34,475 nucleotides of DNA from Phoronis australis (Eukaryota > Animalia > Phoronida). The stretch covers positions 4,289 through 38,763 of the forward strand of contig NMRA01000274.1 of NCBI GenBank assembly GCA_002633005.1, written 5' to 3'. This document shows positions 11,796 through 21,798 of the stretch, in pieces. Each line of letters opens with the position of its first letter. Position 1 is the stretch's first letter. The translations under genes were made by a program, and so were the position numbers. The notes below the pieces were generated by a model. The model worked only from the letters and a program-made list of their open reading frames with translations. It made no database searches and was not told where the DNA came from.

Positions 11796-12954
11796 TCCAG
11801 CGTACAATCAAATGGATGATTTTAGATAATAATTACTTCAAAAACAAGCCACTTATTCATTTTTATTGTGTGAAACTAACTTTTGCTCAACTGTTAATGA
11901 TTCTCAATGTTTGATTCAGTTTTTAATATATGTGACGGGGCGTTAGCAACGGTACATTTATTGTTATGCTTATTTAGTTGTTCACTTGTTCTTATGCTAA
12001 TGTTTTTGTTGCGTCTCAGTGCGCCTTTGTTACGTGGACATGCAGGTGACTGCTTTGAATAAGTCTCGTCAATGCTAATATTGTATGTCTAGAAATACAG
12101 ATGCTTAAAGATGGTACGTATGTGTCAAGAAACAATGTAAAATAAAATGAATCACCTGCTAACTACAAATTTCATGTTGTCTTCTCTTACGGTAAATACA
12201 GTATTTCTTGTTACACTAAGTTTTATGGTGTTCAGAATGTTGAAATTAGCCTACATTCTATTTTTGATTTTACGCTTCATTGCACACTATTTAGCTGTAA
12301 CAAATGAAATGCGACATCGTTTTATGCTTATAAGATGTTCTTATAGTTTTTACCATGATAGGATCATATTTTCATTATCAACAAGGACTACCTCTTGACT
12401 AAAGAAACACCTTCAGAATTCATTGGAATTAGTACGGCCAGTTCTTTATATTTGTAAATTGGTTTGTGTTCGCACTGCATGTGATTGGGGCATTGAAAAA
12501 TTCAATTAGGTGAACATGTTGTCTTCAAAAGCAAGTATTGACAACCATGAAGCGTCAAATAAACAAAACGTCGGCTTTGTGACCGACTGTGTAAGACTGG
12601 TGAATATATACATACATATACATATATATGTATATGTGCATGTATAATAAAGTGCGCATTTTACAAGCCCATTACTTATGTCGAAGGTTATATTAGGCAA
12701 AATGCGAGGTATGTCATAAGCATAAAGGCCATATACTTGAAGTATTTTTGTTTACACCTTTACAAGTTATCAAAGAATACAACTGCAGTGTAATTTGAAA
12801 ACGAAAACAAAACCGACCTCTCTCCGCAAGTGTTAACTGTAAAAAATACTCCTCCACTTGTGAAGACTCGGGACATTCTATTAACGCACATGTTGTCTTA
12901 CGTAGGAAACGGCATGTCATCAATTACGATTTCAAGTCGATAGGTGTCGCGAGA

Positions 12955-13565
12955 ATAAAAAGTTATTTTACGACTTAACTGGGCATACACACTATCTACA
13001 ACTAAATAGCTTTGAACTAATCACTTTAAGAAGATGCAGAAGTATGCTAAAGTTGACGTCTATGGAAAATGCGGAACTTTGGAGTGCAAAGGTCACTATA
13101 CAAAGAGAGCATGTTCAAAAATACAGCACTAACTTTTTTTCTGGCTTTTGAAACTTCAAACTGTCGGGATTATATTAGTTTCAAAATGTGGATGCAAGCA
13201 TTTGGAAATGGTGCAGTCCCAGTTTTACTTGGAGCCCATAAAGAAGATTATTTGAAACAAATTCCGCTCAATTCTGTGATCTTCGCCGATGACTTTCAGT
13301 CACCAAAAAACTAACAGAATACTTAAAAGTGTTGGACAAAAACGAGAATGCTGACCGAAAACTTCACGAATTGAGGAAAACTTACAGAATTGACTACGAT
13401 TACAGATTTTTAGGTACATACGCCTGGACGAAGCTTTGCTTCGAGTTAAGAGACTTGATGAACCACCCAAATGGCACAGTGATCACAGATTTCGAGAACC
13501 CTCAGACGGAGTGCTATCAAAATGCTTGGGTCAAGAATGTGTGCAAAAACAAAGTTTCCACGTGA
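12955..13565 (+). pseudogene. Alpha-1,3/4-fucosyltransferase (GT10) pseudogene, intronless C-terminal half
   Basis: KYAKVDVYGKCG (VDVYGKCG at 13052-13075), FFLAFETSNCRDYISFKMW (cf. FYLAFENSxCxDYITEKLW), GAVPVLLG, SVIFADDFQSPK, LTEYLKVLDKN; at least two frameshifts and altered motif residues. Confidence 0.9.
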
Positions 13566-13819
13566 GATAGTTCTCCTGAAAATATGGATCTCACCATGAG
13601 GTTGATTGTTGACTGCATTGGCGTTGTTACTCTGCGCGTGTAATTTCTGCGTTGACATTATGTCAGACCCGCACGCCGCAGAGACTAATCGGCCGTTCAT
13701 GTTACCTCTGTTAATCCCAGAAGGTTTTGCACTGACTCATATCCGGACAAACGCAATTATTAAACCGATTTGGCTGCAACTTTGCTATTGCATCCCCGAG
13801 GTATCATGTGCCTTGGGTT

Positions 13820-14315
13820 CGCACGGGTACCAGGTTTCGCTTCGTTTACGCTAGAGTAAGTCAGCCGACCAAAATCAGCAATTTTAGGTTTTACGGCAGT
13901 CAAGTTAGAAGCAGGTAACCATAATCAAATAACTTCTAGTGGACCTCCCTTGAAGACTATGGGGATTACTAGGCTGAAATATGCACCGTTGCCACGGTAA
14001 CCAGGTATTCTGACACCTAAAATCCGCAATTTCAGCGTGAATTAAAAAGTTGTTTAGAAAACAAGTAATCATGTTTATAATGGCTCCAGTGTCTCACCCT
14101 TGGAACTTAGGAATATTACTAAGGTGAAATATACAGCGTTGCTATGGTAACCAGGTATTGAACAGTACTGAAAATAAGCTCCGTTTTAGTTTGACGGCAA
14201 AACTAGATTAGTTGCTGATAACGAATGTTTATAGTACTAAACTGGTGACTCTCTCTTAGAAGTAAAGTGGTTACCAAGCTAAAACATGCACTGTTTCTAT
14301 GGTAACTCAGTAATA
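13820..14315 (+). repeat. Degenerate ~150-bp-period repeat with GTTGC(C/T)A(C/T)GGTAACCAGGT core, probably internal to a non-autonomous transposon
   Basis: actaggctgaaatatgcaccgttgccacggtaaccaggt (~13968), actaaggtgaaatatacagcgttgctatggtaaccaggt (~14118), accaagctaaaacatgcactgtttctatggtaac (~14273). Confidence 0.7.
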
Positions 14316-14819
14316 TTACGTAACCTGACTGACGTACAGCTCTAGGCTGAGCAACATGCAAAAATTTCAGATTTCTGAGCATGAAAACACGTGCCTGTGC
14401 AATATACACCTGCCTTGACTTCTTATACAAGTGAAATTAAGGTACGCGCGCCTACATGTACATGTGAAACAGTCGACGGATTTTTTCATAGAAAAAGGCA
14501 TTTGTCTGGATAGAGGCCCATGGGTCAAAGTCCATTCAAACACGGTACCGTAATATAGTAGACATAAGGTCATCACATGATTTATAATTTTAGAGATTAC
14601 AAACTCCAACAAACTCTGATGCGTTTTCTTCATTCGCTGAGAGTTTCGAGAGGTAGCGGAAAAAGAATCCCGTCACTGTAAGGAATGTTACAAGACCGAT
14701 ACAAGGAATGCGTAGGTCTAATGTGGTTTTCGTTTTTAGCCAGTTAAACAGCGAGAAATCCAGTTTTAAGCAACTCTTAGCTCATAAACTCAGCCAGCTC
14801 CCGACAATGATAAAACAAA

Positions 14820-15560
14820 ATTCGTCAGCTTTGAAATGTGACTTCGAACAGCTTATACATAACAATTGACGCTCAAAAACAAGTGGAACATTCTTCATTA
14901 CAACACCGGCGTTCTGAAAAGACGTGACGTCAAAACACATTGATGACTCTTCAAAGACCCAGGCAAGATAGGTGTAAGCTGTTTAAAGATTAAAACTCAT
15001 AGATCTGACGTCATTGTTTTTTTGCTCTGGGTTTTCGCACCAGTATACAAGCATGGCCTACTTATGAACAGCTAAGAACTGATAAAACAAATTTACTACA
15101 TTGAGAAATTCGTCTCACTTTTCGTGAATAATTACACTAGCATAAACTCGGGCGTAAATTACGCCTTCCTGGTACCATACGTCAAGAAGAAATTTTGATT
15201 TTATTTTACACAAGATCAACAACAAGAGCAAGGACAATCGGAACTAACAATAAAACACGATTATCATAGTCACGACAACAAACCACAAGTCAAAAATAAG
15301 TGCTTCTTATCTTCGTTTAAAAGGATACCAAGCCTTTTATCTGGCGATATTAACTAAATGTAGATCGCTGAAATATTTCAAAAAACAAAATAATGCATCG
15401 TCAACCTTCGAAACGCTGGAGGTTTGAAAATTCCTTAAAAATTCCCTCAAATCAGTGAGCGTGACTAACGCTTTGGAACCAGTCAATCGGCAGCCCTAGG
15501 GAAAGAACCCCATCTTGGACCTTAGCCGTCTTTGTGATACAAGGGGAAACTGTTTTGATT
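14820..15560 (+). mobile_element. Possible highly decayed Penelope-like reverse transcriptase
   Basis: Ordered weak motif echoes DFEQL(Y)T (cf. DFxxLYT), SGVNYA (cf. MGTNyAP), a YL.DI-like patch and ILDLS (cf. FLDL); many stops and frameshifts. Confidence 0.25.
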
Positions 15561-15866
15561 AAATTGGGTGCGTTAAGTAGACCAAGTCTCTCTCTCCGGA
15601 AAAGCAAAATCACACAAGAGCATCAAAAAGTCCCGAGTGTAAATGGCAAGTATTTCGCGAGTATGCTCGAAACTTTTACAGCGTAACCCAGCAAAATGAC
15701 GGCCGCGGATTGGCCGGTGAGGTTGAAATGTTTCTACATCATAAGCGAAGATTTTTTCGCTGCAAGCGTTACTTAATGCCGTGGGTCTACGAAACGCAAG
15801 CCATAATAGCCTAACGTTGTTTTACCGCTTATGGAAAGAAGCATTTGCATGACAGCAGGCGTGCGC

Positions 15867-15988
15867 TCAGTAACGCTAGGACCTAGGTAAAATCCAGCCA
15901 AAGTCACGTGATCTCATTTGAAATACACGACAATATCTTACGTAATCTCGCGAAGTCTTGCTTTATAGCGAGGTCCTAGCGTTACTGA
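15867..15988. mobile_element. Small MITE with perfect 18-bp inverted repeat
   Basis: TCAGTAACGCTAGGACCT (15867-15884) / AGGTCCTAGCGTTACTGA (15971-15988). Confidence 0.75.
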
Positions 15989-16441
15989 ACGGGAGGCAGG
16001 CAACAGGGTTCGTTTTTGTAGAAATTGACAAAACAGCTCGTACTATCCCTTTAAAGTAGTACCCATCAGTTCGACACAAAAACAAAGTAGAATTACAGTA
16101 CACTGCCATTTACAGTTTTTCCTACAAATTAAAACAACAACTGGATACAACAGAACAATACCAGCCAACATAGTCACTGCTACTCTTCTAACTTAATTAG
16201 TAGCCATACTTAATAACTGACTGTACTTCGGGAGCAAGTTTTCGGTTGTACAGAATTTGTTAAATGCACGACACTTTTCATTGTTCACAGTCTTTATTCC
16301 GTTGCGTTCGTACTTTCGGAGCAAAAATCTACTCTCAACTGAACATAGATACAGTAACTGACCTAGCGACATAATTAAAAGACACACGATATTTCGAAAC
16401 ATACTCGTTTCATTCTCAAGTGAAGATAAAATGACGCAGTA

Positions 16442-17449
16442 ATGCCACCACAGAGTATAAGCTGACGACACACACAGTGAGACACGGCGGGTGTGAAATA
16501 CTGCAAAGAATGACTAATGAAGGGGGGTAACAGGAAAGTCACGCAAACAAGTGTAACGTGNAAGCTATTTGGTATCCCAAAGCTAACTATTTGCCGTCAC
16601 CGCATGGGTCTGAATAAGTACGCAAAACAAGTTACGCGGAGGCCCAAAAGTTTTGCCTACAGAAATAGAAGCTGATTTGGTAGAACACATAAAAGGTCTT
16701 GACGATCTTTTTTTGGTATCACACAAAAAGATCTTATGAAACTTGCATATCAATTGGCAAAATCCCATGGCATTCATAAATTTAGCGAAACAAAACAGTC
16801 TGCCAATAAAACCTGGTACTACAGCTTTATGAGACGACATCCAGAACTCAGTCTGCGCAACCCAGAAGCTACATCTACTGGTCGCATGAAAGGTTTCAAC
16901 CGCCGAGCTGTTTCAGATTTCTTCGATAAATATTACGTCGAGCTAATTGAATTACACGGATTTACTGCTGACAGAGTGTTTAATATGGATGAAACTGGAC
17001 ATTCTACCGTGCAAAGGCCATCGAAAGTGATCTCAACGAAAGGGAAACGCCAAGTTGGAGCAGTAACAACCACTGAACGAGGAACAAATACTACTGGTGT
17101 CCACTGTCATTCTGCCATTGTCCAATACATCCCCCCGATGCTCATCTTCAAGAGGAAAAGACTGTGCGATTCCTTGAAAGTTGATGCACCCACTGGTACA
17201 ATTTTTGCCTGCACCAATTCAGGATGGATTGACTCTATAGTTTTCATTAACTGGCTTCGTCATTTTATCCGATCAGTGAATGCGTCAGTTGAAAATAAAG
17301 TCCTTCTTCTACTCCACGGACATGCATCCCACACAAAAAACCTTGACGCCATTAAGCTAGCGCGGGAAAATGGTGTTTTCATTTTCTCCTTCCCCAATCA
17401 CACAACGCACAGGCTTCAACCCTTAGATGTTAGCTTTTTTAAGTCATAA
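16442..17449 (+). pseudogene. pogo/Tigger-like (Tc1/mariner superfamily) DDE_1 transposase pseudogene
   Basis: Frameshifted psq-type HTH (KLFGIPKLTICRH) and CENP-B HTH (EIEADLVEHIK..FGITQKDLMKLAYQLA..WYYSFMRRHPELSLR), then VFNMDETG, LLLLHGHASH (catalytic D replaced by H) and HTTHRLQPLDVSFF, followed by truncation. Confidence 0.92.
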
Positions 17450-17719
17450 TTGTGATTCCGATGGAGACTCTGATTAACCTACATAAACCCGGCAATTTAA
17501 GTTTGTTACATAAGTATAGTTGACTGATCCATTTTGTTATCTTTAAAAGTTGGTTTGTTCGCACATATTTATAAAGACGTCTGTTAGCATTAGAGTCATA
17601 GGGAAATGCTGTTTCCTGTAATATGTTTCTATGTGGCCAATAAAAGGTTTGACTCTTTACACTGTTTCCTTGTTCAGCTTTGCTTGGTGAAATACACGTA
17701 GTTATTAGTATAGTACCAC

Positions 17720-17968
17720 TGGTACGATTCTGATGTCTGACAGGTACGAATTACAAAACCGGTCATGTGAATCGTACTTTTATTGACTTTTCTACAACCG
17801 TGTTTTGCAGCTAAAACATGATTAATCATTATTCTTCTAAATCACATGTGCGGTTATACGTGTGAAGCCACTTAAGGCTATGAGATAGCTCCCTATTCCG
17901 TGGCTAGTTCAGCGTGGCATACAGAGGGGTGCATCCTTAAGTGGTACGAAACCAGTAACTTTCCCCTA
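17720..17968 (+). mobile_element. Probable right end of the pogo-like element
   Basis: Recurrent GGTACGA(A/T) subterminal motifs ending in GGTACGAAACCAGTAACTTTCCCC followed by TA (17967-17968); the matching left TIR was not found. Confidence 0.55.
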
Positions 17969-17984
17969 CTACAAGCTGAGGCTC

Positions 17985-18950
17985 ATGTTGATGTTACCGT
18001 CACTGAGGAGCAGTTCGTCACAGGACAATCAATTGGCATTTAGTACGTGTAAGACAACTGAACAAGCGACATCACGCGGACAGTGGATGAAAGAGCTTGA
18101 TAACACAAAAGTCTGGAAACCTCTCTTATGTGTTATGCCTAAAACTAACACATCTCGAATATATTATCCACTGACACGATTGGTGTTAGCTGGTGATTCA
18201 AACACCTACAGACTTACCCAACACCTACTTGGAAAGTTTCATTGTGATGGTCGAGTGTTAAATTACAATGTTGGACGATGTTCTTTTGGCAAATATCTGC
18301 AGATTGAGAACTCCTTGAAATGGCAACCACCCAACGTCGGAAGCGAAGGACCTCTTCTCTACGGTTTAAATGATGGGCGTTGCACCGACTGCAGTGGTTG
18401 CACTGCATCGTGGAGAGAGTGCAGGAATGGTGGAAATATGACTGTAGAATACATACCAGTCGACTTTGCCAGGGACGTTGTAATACAATCCAAAAAGTAT
18501 GCCACTACACAGGAGAATGCTGTTGATTATCTTGTCAGAACGGGACCTCCAACAGCTGTTATATTTAACAGCGGTGTACACGACCTCTTATATTGTAACG
18601 TGAGTGCTTACACAGAAAATCTACTTAGATATACCAAGAAGATGTTGAAAACCAATTTTCCAGACGCTAAAGTTCTCTTCATTAACACCGCCTGTGTGGT
18701 CGAGAGTGACGTACCAACTCAATTTAAAAACGTAACAACAAACGACTTCATCGCTCAGTATAATGACGCAGCCAAAAGGGTTATGGTGGCTTTAAACGTA
18801 GATTATCTTGACAATTTCCAGGTGTGTAATACTTCATTCGCATACCAGAAATTACGTCTCATTGGCGACCCAATCCATCTAGCACCTGGTTACTACAAGA
18901 AATTGACAGAGCTATTGCAGATGCAGCTTCAATTGTGGTTCCCTGTTTAA
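17985..18950 (+). CDS. SGNH-hydrolase / PC-esterase-like protein (CASD1/TBL/NXPE-like; putative glycan O-acetyltransferase or esterase)
   Basis: Uninterrupted 321-aa ORF with C..GQW..WKP..C N-terminal motif, LAGDS (G70-D71-S72), FNSGVHDL, YNDAA and C-terminal GDPIH (DxxH); Cys-rich with several N-x-S/T sequons; no clear signal anchor. Confidence 0.8.
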   Translation: MLMLPSLRSSSSQDNQLAFSTCKTTEQATSRGQWMKELDNTKVWKPLLCVMPKTNTSRIYYPLTRLVLAGDSNTYRLTQHLLGKFHCDGRVLNYNVGRCSFGKYLQIENSLKWQPPNVGSEGPLLYGLNDGRCTDCSGCTASWRECRNGGNMTVEYIPVDFARDVVIQSKKYATTQENAVDYLVRTGPPTAVIFNSGVHDLLYCNVSAYTENLLRYTKKMLKTNFPDAKVLFINTACVVESDVPTQFKNVTTNDFIAQYNDAAKRVMVALNVDYLDNFQVCNTSFAYQKLRLIGDPIHLAPGYYKKLTELLQMQLQLWFPV

Positions 18951-18995
18951 TTTGATATTCTTTTGAATTGTTTGTCAAGCACATCTGAAGTGCAT

Positions 18996-19180
18996 TTAAC
19001 TTAGAATTCTACAACTCCAACCCAGTCGATTGCCACTTGAATGGATGGCAAGGGAGGTAGGAAAACAGGCTCTCCAACGTCGTAATTTAGTTGACATGGG
19101 AGGACACGTTTGCAACACAAAGTAATCTAACTGCTTACTGCAACAGACAGTTGCTACACACTGGGGAACATGGCGTAGTG
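18996..19180 (-). mobile_element. Possible decayed hAT transposase C-terminal dimerisation region
   Basis: Across minus-strand frames MFPSV*QL...SVAVSS...KRV...LAIH...AIDWVGVVEF, echoing FPxxxxL..SERSFS..LAxxxIH..ID...V..F; very degenerate. Confidence 0.25.
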
Positions 19181-19714
19181 CTAACTGCATCTTGGAACAT
19201 ACATTGCGTGGGCCTCTTATGGAATTCTCATTTATATTCGAACGAGAATTGGTGAATGTGTTTAAGTGGTCATTGTTCGTTTTGATTTTACATTTGACCA
19301 TAGATCTATAATTCGACACAGAATTTAAGTGAAGTTCGGAATAACAGGGGACTTTTACATGTACTTTCCATTGATTACTGATCGATTATCATCATATGAT
19401 TGAAATGCAGCTCACATAGACGCTTAAGTTATGTTAGGTAACGTTGTCGTAGTATTGCCACGCTTGAAGTTTGTCTCTCCCTAATTTTGTGTTTTGTGCA
19501 CTCGCTGGTTTCTGCAATTTAATTGCTATCAAGCCAGAAAGACTTTGTTTTGTGGTGGTGGTGTTTGGTAAGTTAAGTCCCGTGCGTGTGTCTACATTCT
19601 GTTACTGTAAACTTTCGCTTGTCGCACTGTCATTACTGAAACAGTGGTCAGACATTTTTATATTCTTGACCTACATCGACTGTGAAGCTACTGTTACGTA
19701 ATTAATCTCTCACC

Positions 19715-20120
19715 ATGCCGCTCAAACACACTCCAACAGGTAGTAGGCCACAGACCAGGGGAATCATGTCTTATCTATTTCAAACGGACCCCTCTATCCC
19801 TGACATTTCTAACAGGGAGCTATTGAAACTTTTGAATGATAAATTTGAGAACTTGAAATCAGAAGTATTTAAAGAACTAGATGCTCTACTACAAGACTAC
19901 TACGTATTACATGTAACTCGAGAGGAAATTAGTCGTCGAAAAGGTGAAAAATCTTGAGTCTAAATTAGACGACCTAGAGAATCGATCAAGCGACGCGACA
20001 ACTCGATCTTTCATCGTATACTGGAGAAGAATCACGAATCTGGGGAACAGTCCGTGTCCCAAGTTACCGACTTTTTGAAGGACTGCCTGGATTGATGGTG
20101 TCATAATCGAACGAGCTCAC
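19715..20120 (+). pseudogene. LINE ORF1 fragment (coiled coil plus L1-type/Transposase_22 RRM, as in CR1/L2-group elements)
   Basis: LLKLLNDKFENLKSEV..., then with frameshifts VKNLESKLDDLENRS..NSIFHRILE..ESGEQS..VTDFLKDCL..GVIIERAH (cf. LENRSRRNNLIFxGIxE...IERAHR). Confidence 0.85.
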
Positions 20121-20357
20121 ACCCAGTCAACACCATATTTCTTCAGCAAATACAATTTGAAAAAAGACAAACTGTTAACTAAAAAGCATGTCAAAGTTAC
20201 GTGTAGTGTATTGGAAACGAGTATGCGACAGAAAGCAAATAAAAACGTGAAGTTATGTGTATTCACGTTAACGTACTCTCTCTCGCTCTCCCTCCCTCCC
20301 ACCCTCCGTCACTCAGCGACGTAATGTGTAAAAAGAGCAGATACATCTTCTGCCGAA

Positions 20358-20430
20358 GGTCGTGGGTAGTTGTGGGTCGTGAATCGAAGGGGTCGTGGGT
20401 CTAGAGGTCGTGGGGTGGGGGGTCGAGGGG
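20358..20430 (+). repeat. Short GGTCGTGGG-type repeat cluster
   Basis: ggtcgtggg, gttgtggg, ggtcgtga and ggtcgaggg variants, about six times in 70 bp; possibly a transposon subterminal array. Confidence 0.6.
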
Positions 20431-20947
20431 TATTTAGAACAATGAAGTAGTGTGCCTTTAAATCTGTTCAAGGTGCATTGTCTCGCATGTGATTTTTAAC
20501 ATCGCACTTTTGATATTTACTTATTTTTTAACTTGTATTACCTGATGATACCTTTAGAATAAAGATGAACGTTGTAAAGATGAACCATCGCGTTTCTAAT
20601 TCAGTTTCTGATTATTACACGGCTAAAGAAAAACGTCGTAAAGCAAGAAAATATGAGTATGCAGACTGAAAACTACTAAGAACAACGTTATAATGTTAAA
20701 AAAATGAACGTATTATTTTTAAAGTTCATGAAACTCATTTGTTAGCATTATTTTTAATTTCATATCGAATAAAAACCAGTTTCCTTTATCACGACTGACA
20801 CGGCGACGTACTAATATTGAACCTGAGATTAGGTTACGTCCCTCAGATCGTCTCAGTGCTGTAGAAGATGAACTTCATTGTGTGTCACTGTACTCTTTAT
20901 CACGACTTACCAAGAAAATTATACAATGAGGCCAGCAACTTGCATTA

Positions 20948-21104
20948 TACTACTACTGCTATTGCTACTGCTAAGGCTACTACTACTAGTAGTACTACTA
21001 CTACTACTACTACCTACTACCTACTACCTACTACCTACTACCTACTACCTACTACCTACTACCTACTACCTACTACCTACTACCTACTACCTACTACCTA
21101 CTAC

Positions 21105-21147
<43 letters not shown>

Positions 21148-21224
21148 TACTAGTACCACTACCACTACTACTACTACAACTAGTATTATTGCTACTGCTA
21201 TTACTAGTACTGCACTACTACTAG

Positions 21225-21258
<34 letters not shown>

Positions 21259-21493
21259 GTTACCGCTACTACCACTAATAGTAGTAGCGGTAGTAGAACT
21301 ACTACTACTAATAATAATACTACTAGTACCACTACTACTACCTCTACTACCACTACTACTACTAATAATAATACTACTACTACCACTACCACTAGTACCA
21401 TTACCACTACCACAAGTAGTAATAGTAGTAGAACTACTACTATCACTACTACTAGTATCATTGCTACTGCTATTACTAGTACTAGTACTGCTA
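20948..21493. repeat. Compound (TAC)n microsatellite with an embedded perfect (TACTACC)n heptamer array at ~21008-21105
   Basis: Directly visible; (TAC)n with TAG/CAC/TAA variants. Confidence 0.97.
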
Positions 21494-21565
21494 TAAAATT
21501 GGAGTAAGCGCGTGATTAATTTTTAGACTCGCATATAATCAGGATCCAATTTGGCAAAAAATGAC

Positions 21566-21798
21566 TGTCGAGGGCATTTGGGGGTAATGCAAATCTAACC
21601 CATAGTTTGATGTATCATACTCATTTAAAAAGGCACTTATTGGGACTTGCCAATTTAAACATGGCCGATGGCGGCCACCTTGGATTTGAGGGTTATGTCG
21701 ACAAAATCCACCCCGACATACATTTTTTTTGGATTCAGCACCCCAAAATTAGTTAGAATCAATCGTCAGATCTGCATTACCCTCAAATGCCCTCGACA
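21566..21798. mobile_element. Non-autonomous DNA transposon with 34-bp subterminal inverted repeat
   Basis: 21566-21599 matches the reverse complement of 21765-21798 at 31/34; internal GATGGCGGCCACCTTGGATTT motif; degenerate outer arms extend to ~21535 and ~21838. Confidence 0.75.

Noticed and set aside
17868-17944. Tiny TTAA-flanked insertion (CCACTTAAGG / CCTTAAGTGG)
   Set aside because: 10-bp inverted repeat only; could be subterminal structure of the pogo end or chance.
20868-21461. ORFs rich in YYLLPTT, poly-L, poly-V or poly-Y
   Set aside because: Translations of the TAC/TACTACC microsatellite.
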